From Styela clava (taxonomy: Eukaryota): DNA of 64,000 nt. Under the pieces are notes generated by a model, which was not told the origin of the DNA, did not search any database, and saw nothing but the letters and a program-made list of their open reading frames with translations. Shown one piece after another: positions 1 to 15,200 of this stretch; the first letter of the stretch is position 1; each line of letters opens with the position of its first letter. The position numbers were made by a program, and so were the translations under genes. The stretch covers positions 6,510,001 through 6,574,000 of the forward strand of contig NC_135254.1 of NCBI RefSeq assembly GCF_964204865.1, written 5' to 3'.

Positions 1-220
1 CAACTAACTAATAAAGATAATATATCGCCGCGGTGATAATTGCATTATGGTGATAACACAATCAATAATATCGTTTTGACCGTGAAATCGTAATGTGCAA
101 ACAATGAAACGATGTTGTTGCTTTTGGGAGGTGGAAATTTTGCACCAAAATTTTTTTTCCAACAGTTGGTTACGGGTTGTATATGCATGCTTAATATTAT
201 CGATTGTATATTTCATTTAG

Positions 221-3200
221 AATCACCCTTATTCTGCATGGCATATTTGAATAGGCTGACGGATTCTGTAATGAAGACTGCAGAGAATATTTATGAAGAT
301 CTGAAAAAATCTGACAATAAAAATTATCAGCTTGTTTTCTTGAGCAGTGATTCCACCAACTACCTTGCTAATAGTTTCAAAGAAGTAAGTTTTTCTGGGT
401 TATTGATGAAATTAACAAATCGGTTAAATAAATAAACCAATGTTATTTTTCTAGGAAACATAAAAGTTCGAACCAAAAATATACTTATATCTATAATACT
501 TCTAATAATATTCAACAACTGATCTTTTTTCAACATCCATTGTCTTGATAATTTCATAATCTTATTGACTCCTTATTCCGTATTATCAGTGGTCTCATCT
601 CTCACAAGTTATATCCAAATTTGCTACGGTTAAATTGAACTATTCTGTACTCAGTATCATTCATTTCGCAGGCCTTGTACAATTATTAAAATGTGATTTT
701 TCCGTATATGCATATACTCGTATAACACCATTTAATGCTTGATGCGTCCTGCACTTTTAAACTCAGCAACTGGAGCTTGACTAGTATGAAGAAAGAACCT
801 CGTGTCTCACATAAATGTTTTCAGTTGATTTACTATGTTAGCAAATATGAATCCACCAAACTATTTGACTGGTAGTATTGACTCTGAAAAAAATAAACTA
901 ACATAAAAATTGCCTTTCATTTTCCAATTGGCGATTTTGTTTTGACAGTTCCAAGTTGGTGGAAATTTTGTCAAAGATCTGGAAAAAATATCATCTTATG
1001 TGCAAAAACATTTGATGGTCAGTAACAACTTTAATAACAGTGTTGCTGTAGTCGATGATATCAGAAGTTCTGTGAGAATTGTAGTGTCTAAAACAGTTGG
1101 TGCAGGCAAGTAATCTAAACTTATAAATCTTTTGAATAATGTATGATATTTAGTATGCTCAGGCATCTGATACTGAAGCTAACACTAACTCAGTCTGTTA
1201 CAATTTGATTTCCATTTCTGTTGCCCTAATAAAGTTCATTATACTAAAATAAATTTATTTGTATAGAATATTGGATCGGTGGTTTGTGCTGCACTACACA
1301 TTAGGTCAGCAACTCCCAACCTTTTTTGTTCGCGAACTGTTTTCCCACCAGCAAAAATCATCCCAAACTGAAGGTGCATTATTTGTAACCAAACTCTGCG
1401 TGAAAAAGCAAAACTAAGAACAATAATGTTTTAACGAGATAGCGATCAAGACCGCCAACTTATCGATCTAGCGACATGTATCCTTCACTCTGACTTAATA
1501 GCGACACTGCGTGTCCCATCACTAATTGATAAATAACTCGCTAATTAAACAACATAATTTATCCAAAATCAGTAGGCTTTTAGTCCGGGATATGATTAAT
1601 GCACATGCACAATTTGGAGCAGATTCAACCTCGATTTCTTGAGATATCGCGAGTGCCTAACATACAAACAGACAGAGAAATATCTATCAACATACTTACC
1701 GATCCAGGCGACAAGTAACAAAGTCAGTTTAATCTGACGTGTCCCACGAATCTGGGCCCCTATTGACATCTCCCAGAAAAAATATGCCTTGTTGTTCAAA
1801 CGTGTGAGAAACACCATTTATGGTATATCCTCGCATATAAGTCGAGTTTAAAAAGAAAAAAAAAGCCAAACTAAGGGGTCGACTTATATGCACACATCTC
1901 TGATCAAACTAAAAATATGGATTATACATGCATAACCCTGATCGCACTCAAACGAAATGACTTTATATAAATTAAATGGTATGGCGAACTCAATCTGAAT
2001 GATATTATCATTAACGATGCTACCCTAACAATAAAATCCGCGACAGTTACTAAATAATATTTAAGAGCTAGTTCATACGTTGTAGATTTCACGGAATACG
2101 AAAATTTCAGGTTATGCTCGGTCACTATCGAAACTGAGGATAAAAACAATTAATTCCGACACAACTTGTTTTTAGATTTATTACCAAGGTTGCACAAACT
2201 ATCTCGATTAAATTAAAAAATAACGGTAATATTTGGTAAATAATTTCAATCAAAAACATCCTTGACAAGTTATAGTTGTATCCTTGATGCTTGAGACTTC
2301 AAGTGGATGCTGACTTAAATTCTTTTATGTTGGCAGTAATTAGGTAAAGTTTGAATACCATTATGCATCGATTGCAAACTTTATCGTTATCCTGATGTCG
2401 CTGTTGATAATATAGTTCAATTTAAGTTGGCTGGGTTAATTTATGAGCAAAAATAAAAGTCGCTGTTAATGTTTGTACAAGGGTTGAGTCTAAAAACTTG
2501 AAACTGAATATTAGGTCTAACACTCTTCCCGTGGCAGATGGAAATTTTGGTAGCAGATTAACTCCTTTGATATTTGTATGTAATGGAAGTGTATTTGAGA
2601 CAGTGAAACAAAGTGAAATATAGATTACCGATGTCAAACCGAAATTTCCCATGTTCAAAGATTGTTGTTGTCGCTAGGAGACTATTTCTTATTTACTTAT
2701 TATAAAAATTCTGCGGAATTCATGGAATTCGTTTTTCACTTTAAAGCCATGTGTGATGACGTTTTCAAAATTTAAAAATTTGCATTGTGCCGGTAGAGCT
2801 CGATCGATATCACATTTTAATGCCGATACCGATAACCGATACCAATATCTACAACCTGAACCCGCAGTAAATAAAGAAGGAGATATAAAAATCACTTCAG
2901 ATTAAAAAATTAATCAGTCTGACACAGTGCTTGTAGGCATAAAATTATGGCCTAAACCCAACCTGGTTCATATACTACGTTCCGGTGTCTGCCATCTTGG
3001 TTCACATACTTCTGGAGCGCCGTATTCACACCATGAGCTGTGGTGTATCTTGCCAAGCACAAAAAAGCAAATATGCCCCAGGGCCCAGAGAAATGTTTTA
3101 ACTTCTATAGAAAAATCAAATCCCTAACAGCTTACATATTTGTTAATACGGCTAATTTTGTTATGAATTCTGACTGTTCATTGTTAGCGTAAACGTTAAT

Positions 3201-6200
3201 TTAGGCTATCGTTGTTGTTAAGCTGAAATCCACCACAATTATCTTTCTGCACAAGAATTAATTGTTGTGATACCATGGGCTTCATTTTTATTTTGCTCCT
3301 AAAACAATTCCTTGAATCAGAAAAAACCAAAATTTCTTTACGCGATCATTGTCATAATCAAATAAACTCCATCAGCCAATGACGAAGATAAGACTGAAAA
3401 TTGTGTTTTTTTTCGAGTTGGTGCTGATTTGATTAAATCTGTCATGCTTTTATTTTTGTTAAGTTGATATCATCAACCTAAATACTCGTATTATGTCATC
3501 AACGACGCCAGGATAACGATGGAATACATGGTAAATACTGCATACTATATAGGAGCTACCGTTGTATATTACGAGAAATGCAAAAAATTCCTGTTTCGTT
3601 ATTATTGGTCACTATCGCAACAAGGAGGAAAATGATTAATTAGGACAGAATTTACTTTTCGATTTATTGCCGTGGCCACGCAGATTATTTTGACCAAGTT
3701 GGAATATACAATAACATTGTTTAACTATTTTAATCAAAAACATTCTTGACTTGTTACAAGCACTTCATGTCAGCACTTATTGAAAATCTTCAATTACGAT
3801 AAAAAATAAAATAATTACAAAATGTTTGGAATCAAATTGTGGATGACATCACTATGTTGTGTGCACGATATTCGGTATTCTTAAAAAACAGAAAATCGAT
3901 GTTCGAAGGTCTCAATATTTGAATATTAAATTCGAATTGGCCATCCCTGCTATGATATCCCAGATATGACATATTGACAAACACGCAATATCGGGCCGAT
4001 ATAACAGTCAAGCTCTAGTGCCGTGGTTCTGTGACTGCGTTTCAGCAATCTAGTCTACCTGTACTGTAAAGTTTCATATTTATTCTACTAGCAGCAAAAT
4101 ACAGCGAAAATACTACAAAGAGTTATTTCAGTTTAGACCTTCCGGAACAAAAAAATTTAATATTTTTTTTCATTACATCTGCACTTTTTTTGCAGTGGTT
4201 TTTAAAAAAATACAAAAAGAAAATTTAGTTTTGCTATCATATTCACAAACAAATTCTGCAAAAACGAGAAGTTGTGAGTATAACAGAACTGTATTTAAAA
4301 TCATTATTCCCTTCTTCATCTCCACTTACTAATGTGAACAATGGTTTTCTACATTACACAACACACGATCGCATGATGTAATTCTGTTCTCTATTAGCGT
4401 ATACAACACGTGGCAGCTAATCTAAATGTTGTCCGAATATATCTATGATTTGTTCTTCAATTGTGTTTTCGGCTTGAAAATTGTAGCGGTTCGCAGTTTC
4501 TTCAGAGAAATGTAAGGGGTCCGCAGGCACGTAAAGTTTGAGATTCACTGTACTATAAGATTCAAAATGTATCACTGTGCAGGCCTCATTACTTTAATTT
4601 CTGTGTTTGCCAAGATATGAGCTATGATTCTTTAGTATGAATACTGTGAAGTTTACTAATTCAATTTTTTACTCGAAAGCAGAAGAACCTCGGATTTCAT
4701 GCCGTATCACACAGGCCATTTGTTTTAATTTTATCTGCTTTATTCTAATATTCTCACTAAAACTGAATTCCTATTTCCTTAAATTTTAGGATAGCTGATG
4801 AAATTTATGTTTTGCAGGATTCCAGAAATTTTTCAAAATATAGATTCAAAAATAGTTTTTAAATTGTATTCAGAATTGTTCAAGTATTTGGTTATAGCCA
4901 TCCCCGATTTGCCCAGTTGCCTGGTTCCACCAAAATGCATTTGAGTGTTTTTCTCTTTATATTTTCATAGGGAAGAGTCTACATATTTCAAGAAAACAGG
5001 ATAAAACAAAAGAAAAATTCACAGAAAAGCCACGCATAACAACCTTGAGATTCCTTGAAAAAGAAATGGAACCCGATATGGCAATTAGGAAGCTTCTGCC
5101 CAAGCAATTCAGAGGATCATTTAAAGACCAAATCTTTGTTCATATTGATATAACGAATGCTGTGAGTGTATAAATTTCCTAAATCAATTGAATCTCAAAA
5201 AAATGTTTTGAAACAATTGGATATCACAATGCCATTTGAATTCCATTTGCAACTTCCAGCTTCCCAATCCTGCAGGTCTGTAAACAAATTTGTTTTAGAT
5301 TAATTGTTGATATACAAATACACACATCGCTATCAATGTCGTTGCCCCATAAGCTTGCAACCTACGTAGGTAAATTAACAAACTGACAAACTGTCAACCC
5401 TTTTTGTCTATACCAAAATGCATCGATTTGAACTATTTTTGCTATGAAATTAGTTTTTTCATTATCCATTCAGCATTTTGAAGTCATCAGTATTTAAATG
5501 ATAAATAGGTTAATACCTATTTTTGCTAGATCTGTGTTATGCAAGCACATTTTTGCTTGGTATAAAAAATTTTAACATCAATCATTTGTTTTAGAAATGA
5601 CATAAGTTCTCCAAAAATTTACAATTTAAATCAATATTTGTACTAGTAAAAATGCTGAATATACAAAATGATCATAACATAAATTCTCACAACCTACAGG
5701 TTAAAAACGGCATAGAAGAATTCCTTTTCAACTTGTTTGTCCTTGGTCGAATTGTTGATAAGTCAGGAAAAGTATGGATAAAGCATCCCAATCAATATTA
5801 CATGATTGAAATCACAGATCAAGATCTTGTTTTTTCAAAGGTACAGCAAATAATATTTGAATGCTACCAAGGACTAATATTGAAAACCACATATTTCAAT
5901 CAAAGGCTCTTTATTTTACAAAACAAGATGTGGAGTAATTGATTGAAAAAGAGTGATCCACTAATAATATTTGCAAGTTTTCCGGGATGGCCAATACCGA
6001 ATAGTTCACTATTTCGAATACGTTCAAAACTATTATTTTCAAATATGAAATTTCTAATACATTCGAAAATAAAATTAAGTAAAAGAAGCTTATCTATAGA
6101 GTATGGAGGAATTTTCATACACAAAACAATCTGGCTACATTACCAGGCATTTCATGTTCTTGATTACTGCGATATATATTTTAGAATAGTAATGCTATTA

Positions 6201-9200
6201 TTTTTTTCCAAGTCGACATAACCATGGATTATGTTAATTAAATTAATACCGCAAGGTGGTAACAGTCAGGGATTTCAATATTTTGGCAAATACAAAAACA
6301 TCCTAGTAAAAAGTCCATAATTTTAAATACCAACCATTATCCAAATTATTTTCCAAAAAAGCGAAATAAAATATAAATCATTTTTCCGACTTGTGACAAT
6401 TTTTCGTGAGTTCGAAAATACGAATCAAAAATTATTTATATTCAGGCACTTTACCACACGTTTTAAGTATTTACTTATAATTATAATAACTTACTTTTAC
6501 TTTCGTTATTTTGTAAATACTAAAACAAGAATCGGAAATTAATTATAACAGGCAGCTTACCACACATTTTGTGTCCACAAATTTCTGTAATATTTCAGAG
6601 TATTAACTACTTTTATTATTTTGTAAATACAAAAATAGGAATCAAAAATTAATAATATTGGGCGGTTTACCGCGCATTTTATGTACACATATTGTTGACG
6701 CCTAATTTACGTTGAACAAATTAAATTAATAGGGCATAAAACTTTTGAATGATGGTAACGGTCATGGATATGAATATTTTCCAAAAAAAAAGTATAAATT
6801 TTTTTCCCTGATAAAGTGATAAATCGACTTGTTCTTGCGACTTGAGACTATTTATTGGGTAGCATAACAATTTCGACGTTAAATAATTTTCAATTTTTTA
6901 TTGTTATGAAAGTGAATGTATAAATTAGAAGCCTTGTAGGGGAGTGGCGTCAATGTCCACCATGCAACCGTGCAAAGGTGTCGCAACAATATGCGACGCA
7001 CGCTCTCACAGAATATCAACAATTAAAGTGCCGATTCTATTTTATCCTTAGTACAATACGCGCTGGAAGGCAAAAATTCGTTCAAGTTTCCTGCAAAAAC
7101 AAAACTCTGTGTTTACGACAAAAAGTGGCTCAAAATCGAAAATCAGTTTTGATATTTGAATACATTCGAATATTCGATTCATTTTGGACAACTCTGTCTG
7201 TAAGCTACGTTATTGATAAGGCTGGAGAGAAGGAAAGAGTGAGAACTATTTGCATGAAATTGAATGACTCGATAGAAAGGCTGTATGATAGTTCCAATTC
7301 CTATATTGATGTTAAATAACTTCTTAGTACGAGATCAAATAAAAAAAATAATGAAATATGAAAAATAATAGTTGGCTTTACCTGTTTTAGACTCCCAATC
7401 GAGCCCAATTTTGTATACCCATTTTTATTCATGTCATACGACCCCCAAAATTTACCCAATATACAATAATTATATATCATTGGAAAGGTCTTTTAGAGTA
7501 CTATATAGATGTCACTAGAGGACCGTAAATTAAAATTCGTGTTTCGTGTGGTCTCTCGTGACGTCAAAAAATAACAAAAATATTTCACTCCATCATTCTA
7601 TCAGCTGTTGGACGTGTATAGCTCTTGTAAAGCTCAAATGAGACTATACAGTTGACTGTACATTGGTTTCCTCTTTGATATGATACTAAACGCTTTTCGA
7701 TGGCGCTCGTCGTTCATGCGTTTTGGAAATTTTCCGTTTGAGAATTCACCACATCGAATCAGGCCAGGCTAAGCTTGATCGATCGATCGGTTGTTTGTTT
7801 GTGCTTTATCGCGTTGAAAGCTTTTGTGATTCATAATAAAACATTTATTAACCGTTGTGAGATGGCCACTCTTCTATGTTATGTAGCATATAAAATGACC
7901 TTCAAATTAAGACCTTATCATACTAGATTTTGTTATTGGTTAGCGCGCAACGCCAAGGTTTATTGGATTATATTCTTGTTGTGCGACGTTTTTCTATCGC
8001 AGCGGGAAGTACACGCGTGAAATGTAAGCGATATTTTAGTACTTCCGAATGTCACATAACGTTCTTTCTTATATTGCTGGGTAGGAAATGAGCTATTCTT
8101 CCAAACAAGACCATAACAAACATTCCAGACCTCATGGTTTACACAAAACCTCTGAAATATCACAAATGTTCCTGACAGACGAAAGCAGGTTGAGTGATCA
8201 TGGTTTGGCTTATGAAATGTCTCCTTTTTCTGTAATAAATATGATACTAGCTTGCCTTTGGCACATTTAATTTGTATGAAGTCTTTTTAAATAAACTATT
8301 TTATTTGAAAATTTGTCTAGAACACATATCTAACATGCTACACCAGGTGGGCCAACCTGCTTTTGACTGCAATTGACTAAAACTTCAATATAGCTAGCGA
8401 TCGACTAATTGGTAATAAAGTACCGCAATGCCCAAACACGAATGAGTACTAAATATGCAGATATCTGCTCATCCACATACAAAAATTTTACCGCTGTCAA
8501 CAAACTTGGCTCTATGAAAAATGCCTCAAAAAATTTTTTATGTTCCATTTACTTTGTTAATTTGGTTATGTAATTGTACTTAATTCGATTAATTTGGATC
8601 ATACAATTCAGGACACACAGTATTTGATACGTTCATTTTTAAACCTTAGCAGCATAGAAACTTTCATTTGTTACATAGTAATAGGCTCTAATGGGCTTGT
8701 CTAGACTCAAACACTATATGTGTAAATCTACACTACATCAAGGGATGAATATTCTTAATATGAAAGTGGCATTCAGTAATTTATTGTAACTATACCTTAC
8801 TTTTTTTATTTCAGCACTCAGAGATTTCAATGCTTAATCTATTTCCTTGCACAATGGCACTTCAACCCCAAGAAGTTATCAGTTCAACGTTCAGTAATAA
8901 CGATAACACACTTGCAATGGATTCTAAAATGTTCGTGTCAACTGTTTTTCAACGACCCTACCAGTACTTGAAGCATTACAAAGAAGACTTAGAAGCGGAA
9001 GCAGCAAAAAAGGAAGGAAAGAAGTTATTAGATAAATTTAAGTATATTGAAAATAAGCTGTATGGGACAGAAGAAGAATGTATCGAAATAATGTTGGAAT
9101 ATTGTGGAGTGAATGCATCATGGGCCCAGATCAAGCATTTTGTGACTTTTCTTGACTCTCAGCTCAGGTTGTGTGAGATTTGGTATAAAGAAAATAAAAA

Positions 9201-12200
9201 ATTGATAGAGAATGTCAAAAGCTTTATGATGAAGTACATGATTAGCATGGGCAAACGATTTATAGGCATATTCAACAATGAAGAGAGCCGTTCTTCAGGC
9301 AAGCTTAAACCCTTTATTTTTTTTCATAAAACAAATGTGAACAAAAAAGAAGAAGTTTATATTACATTCATTAATGTCAAGTTAGTTTCACCAAATCTCC
9401 TCGATAATGAAGAAACCAAACTACTAACATTTTCAATCAAAGAATTAGATAAAAAAGATAAAAAATTCCATATAGTGAACCAATTTGATAATTGGGATAG
9501 ACCAAGACAGCTTAGTGTTTTGAGATCGGCAACAAATGCTCCCTTCAAATGTCAAGACCCTGACCCTACTTACAAGCTGACTACAGATAATTTGCAAAAA
9601 ATCATTTCATTGAATATGAGAATCCAGTATAAAATTCCTATGGTGATAGAAGGAGAAACTGGATGTGGAAAAACAAGGATGGTAGAATTTCTTAGTAAAC
9701 TTAAAGCATTGAATGAAAATGCTAGAGTTTTGATCACAAGAAAAGTATATGGTGGTGTTACTGCCTCTGATATTCAGGAAAGTGTCAAAGAAGCAGAGAA
9801 GGTATGGTCACAAAGTGAAACGGACCAGGACATGAGACTGCTTTTTTTTGATGAAGCAAATACAACAGAAGCCATATACGCAATTAAAGAGGTGATGTGT
9901 GACAATACATTCGATGGAGAAGTAGTGGCTATGGAAAACATAACAATTATCGCTGCATGTAACCCACATAGAAAAATGTCAAACACTTCTATAAAGCATC
10001 TTGAGTCTTGTGGACTAGGAAGCAAAATCCATGCAAATCAAACCGATGAAAAAAGTGGTAGTGGAATGCGACATCTATTGTACAAAGTGTTACCACTTCC
10101 TCCTAGTATGGAACCTTATGTTTGGGTCATGGAACAAGCTGATGAAAGTACTGAACAACTTTATATTCAGCAGATTGCCAAAAATATTACTCGTGATCCT
10201 GTGAATCAAATCAATGATGTTGAAACCAAGGTTATTAGCAATCTTGTGTTTGAGGCTCAAAAGTTCATCAAAGTTAAAAATCAAAGTAATGAGTTTAGAA
10301 TAGTCAGTTTGCGCGATGTGGAACGATGCATGGAAGTATTTAAGTGGTTTCATGAGCATAGTGAAGTACTTTTTCCATTACTTGATGTGGAAAAATCTAA
10401 AACCTATGAAAGACTTCCAGTCATTGAAGCAGGTGCACGCAAAATAATTCATGCAATTAATGTTTGCTATCACGCCTCCCTGCAACACAATAGATCAAAG
10501 TTTAGAATAAAGATAAGTGAGACATTAACAAAACTTGGTGTTTCAAAGTGGACTGAGAATGACTTATTGCAAGAATTTTTAGCCTGCCAAAGAGTTTTCT
10601 TACTTCAAGCACAAATTCAAAGTAGTTCAGAGAATATTTCATACAATCAAGCTCTGATGGAAAATTTCTTTATGATGGTCGTCTGTGTAGACTTGAGAAT
10701 TCCTCTTTTCGTCATTGGAAAACCGGGCAGTTCCAAATCCTTGGCAAAGACACTAGTGTCAAATTGCATGAGAGGAAGATTCTCAGACTCAAAGCTTTTC
10801 GTTGGATTAAAACAGGTGTGTGAGTCTCTGTATACATAAAAGAAAATGAGTAATAAGTAACTCTTATTAACATTAGATATATTCTGCAGGCGAATTTGAT
10901 GTCCTACCAGTGTAGTGCTTTATCAGACGCTGCTGGAATTATCCACACATTTGAGCAATGTTGCGAAATGCAAGAAAACAATGATTCAAATACATTTACA
11001 TCCGTAGCTGTGCTGGATGAAATTGGTCTTGCAGAAGATTCACCGGCTATGCCACTCAAGGTAGGTTCTCTATCATATACGTCACATAAAGCAATAATAT
11101 GTATTTCAAATGAGTTTACAAATTAAAGATTATGAACATCATAGGCCAAAGAATATCATGTTCAAACGTCATTGGCATCACGTACACTATGCTTTTTTGC
11201 AGAATACAATTGATCTAGACACTTTGTTAGTGTCCAGTCCAGAGCCTTTTTAAATCAGATTTTTTGAGATAAATACTACTTTTATGCTCGTTTAAACTCA
11301 AAGCATAGAATAGTTAATAAATTGAGGCAATATTAAAGCATAATGAATTACTTTTCAGGTTCTTCATCCATTACTTGAATTTGGAAACATGAAAAGTAAC
11401 GAACGAGGACATCAAGTTGCATTTCTTGGTTTATCAAACTGGCCACTTGACCCTGCAAAACTGAACAGAGGTGTTTTTCTTCTTCATGAAGATCCAAATG
11501 AAGCAGATTTAATAAGAACTGCTTCAGACATCTGCGCCATCAATGAGCAAAGTCATCCCAAAGCTAAAGAAGTTTTGAGAGTTTTAACAAAAGTATATTC
11601 GAAAATAATGAAGGACATAAAAAACATGAGATTTTTTGGTCTTAGAGATTTTTACAGTCTTATAAAAGCATGCAATGGTCACTTTGGTGATCCTAAATCA
11701 TTATTCAATGCAGTAGCAAGAAATTTTGGAGGCAAGGAATCAGGTATACCCGAGGAATTCAAAAAACAAATTTGTAGCATTTTTCCAGACTCGGAACTTT
11801 CTCTAATGGCAATAAATGAGGTAGTGCAGACTAATCTTGGTGAAACCGACAGTCGATACTTGCTTCTTCTAACTAATTATTATCCTTCTATAAACCTTGT
11901 TACATTGGTTGTAGAAGATTTTACCAAGATGAAAGTCATCATCGGCTCCAGCTTTCCAGGAGATCAAAATTTTGCTGAGATATGCAGAAATATACATGAA
12001 GTAAAGACTTGCATGGAAACAGGAACACCTGTGGTAATGCTAAATCTTGCTGAAATTCAAGAATCCTTGTATGACGCTCTGAATCAACATTACAACACTC
12101 TTGGCGGAAAGCGGTATGTGGACATAGGATTGGGAGGGCAAAGATTGAAATGCTGTGTTTCTAAAACATTCCGATTGATATTACTTGAACAAAAAGATAA

Positions 12201-15200
12201 AGCTTATACAGAATATCCAATACCACTGCTTAATCGTCTGGAAAAGCATTTATTAGATTCAGATGCATTATTGCCAGAATCAGAATGGGATAAAATGGCA
12301 GAAGTCCAAAAATGGACGGAGTTATTTGTAAGAGATGACTTCCAAATACCAGATTCTTTGGTAGGTCATCAAAAAGATACAGTGAGCTCAACTCTGCTAT
12401 TGTACCCAGACAAGGAAGAATGTAAAGAAATATTACTCCAATCTGCAACTTTGGATGCAATGTACAGAATCGAAAAAAATATCACTGACCTTGATCAAAT
12501 GAAAAAGTTACACAGTACCTATTTTGAAAAACAAAGTCACCATGACCTGACAGACTTCTTGCACCAGACTGTGCGATCATTAGGACTTCAAGAACAAATA
12601 TCTATCAACATGTTTGAAGTTGTATCTTACTCTGGTAGCCTTGTAGGTAATGATCGTGAGCAGTTGGAAAAAAATCTGAATTTGAAAGAATATGATGTCA
12701 TGATACTCAATGTTAGACAATATTATACACTCAGAGAGTTCGAACACGATCTTGAAATATTCTCACAAGATTGCAAGGATTACAAGCAGGACACTTCTAA
12801 GAAGATAAATACTAAAATATTAGTATTGCAGTGTCCCCAGGCCCACAAGTATGCAAAGCTAATCGAATGTGCAAAGCATGCCTGGTCTAATAAAGATAAA
12901 AAAGGAATTTCAGTGAACATTATTGTTATTGTTCTGTGGTCCATTGAAAGAAATGCGGATTTTTTTATGCAACAATCACGAGACAACAGAATTATCTATG
13001 TCGATGAAGTAAGACCCTCGCAAATTGATGAAATTGAAACTGTTGGAACCGAAAATGAAAATGTTTTCTCTATTAAAACATTGTTGAGTACAGATCTCAC
13101 CAACCTATTTGATCCGAAAAATGCAAATAACAAATCCATGAAACGGTTTTTAAAAGATTGTCTCAGCAAGGCAATGGCTAAAATTGAAGGCTCTCATAGT
13201 GCAGCCACACGCTACAAAGAAAGAGTAAAAACCCTAACAAAGCTTCTGCATCTTGATGAGGACACAGACAAAAATTTTCGGGCCATATTTCTAGACAAGA
13301 TACATGAAATTCTAGTGACTGAGGATACCTTGAAAAGCAATAATTGGATTCATGCTGTGGCAAATGATAAAAAGAGCTTACAAGAAGGAGGAACGTTTCA
13401 TAAAGCTCTGCTTTTGTATTTGAAGACACTGATATCAAACTTGTTAGCTCACTTCATTTGTAATATTGATGTTCAGTGCAATTTGAATCTTATCGACAAA
13501 TATTCTGATATTAATCAACAAAATGGAGATCGAAAAGAAAACATATGGCTAAGTATGTTTGAAAAGTTGCCGTTTGATAATCGGAGAAGCATAAGACTGA
13601 ACTGGATGCATAAAGAATTCATAGCTGTAAGTCCCATTACTGAATGTCCTTCTTTGGCATGTAAGTTCCCATTCAGGTTTGTGGTTACTGACGTTTTGCG
13701 ACCACATTTAAATTCACAACAAGAATCGAGTTTGGTAGATATTTTCAGACAGAACAATTTATATCCTGTTATCAAAAACGGAATCTCACTATACCCAGAG
13801 TTAATAAATGATTATGTGCATGATTTGGTCAATAGCCACTACACACCAAGTTCTGAAGAACATCTAGAAACTGAAGTTGAAGCTGTTATTGGAATCGTCA
13901 AGAAAAAAATGTTTAAAGATGGAGACAATGTGGAACATGGAGATGAACTTGCACTTGTTTATTCTGCTTTCAATGACTTAAAAAAGAAACTGAAAATATT
14001 GAGGGAAATATTTAGAGTTTGCCCACTTGTGGCTAAGTCTATTAATGAAGAAATCATGAAAAATTCTTGGGATTGGCATGCTGGAGATGTACACTATTGG
14101 GGGATGTTAATAGCTATAAAGGATCTTAGACAAAAAACTACATCTTTTTCAAAATATCCAAAAAATTGTGTGTCCTGGTTGGAGCAAGCCAAGAGTATGG
14201 AAAAAACCGTTTATCTCGTATATGATTGTATACAAGTAAAAAAAAAAAAAGATGATCTGATGAAGGAATGGTTACCAATATCTCTACTCAGAGTCTTGCT
14301 CCTACAGTTGATTCCCAGCGATGAATACAGATATAAATACATCAAAGTAATAGCTAATTCTGCTGAATTGCTAGTTTCTGTTCCAGATGAAAACAACATT
14401 GAAGATTTTACTACCATTGTATGCAATAGTATTGGAAAATGCTATGGGGATTTGGAAATGAAATTACTTCTATCATGGGGATCATTGGATTGCAAAAACT
14501 GCGATGAGGAAATGGAAGATCCCCAACGTCTATTATGCGGACACTTTCTTTGCCTACAATGCTGTGAAAAGATGCTTGCAGAGGAATCACCCAAATGTCC
14601 TCAGTGCCTAAGCAATATTCAAAAATATGAGGCTGCTAGGCTACCCAACGAAGATCAAGAAAAATTACAACATTTTCAGTACAGTTGTACCAGCTTTTTT
14701 GTTGATTTTTTAAAGAATATTTGTTTTTCATCTGTCATGAAACCTGTCGACAAAGAAGAAAAAAAATCCTTAATCAAACTAATCTTCACACTGCTTATTC
14801 AGACTGACATGAATGAAAGTGAAAGGAAATTGGAATCATCCGCTATTGGATCTGATATAAACACAAAAGCTTGCATATTTGGAGTATTAGTGACGAATGA
14901 GCGGGTAATTGTCACTGATGAAGTTAACGAAATATTGCAGCAGCAGGGTGGTGATGAAAAAAGAAAAATTTCACAATTCATAATATATCACTTTGAACAA
15001 CAATTGCTCCTTAAAAACGGTGATTCAGTTAACATGCAAAAATTGGAAAAAGAAAGCTTAATACTGAAGTCACAAAAATTGACCTTTGAAACATTAGAAG
15101 CAATAGCTACTTTGAGAAATGCATGCAGAGTCTTAGCCAATCAGTTCTACCGGAAAAGCAATAAGAGTGAAGTTTCAAACATGGATGATTTTATTGATAA

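Noticed and set aside
455-560. Extra RNF213-like exon after the acceptor-like tttttctag at 454
   Set aside because: The required phase-0 frame hits TAA at the third codon, and exon 221-384 joins 949 in frame without it.
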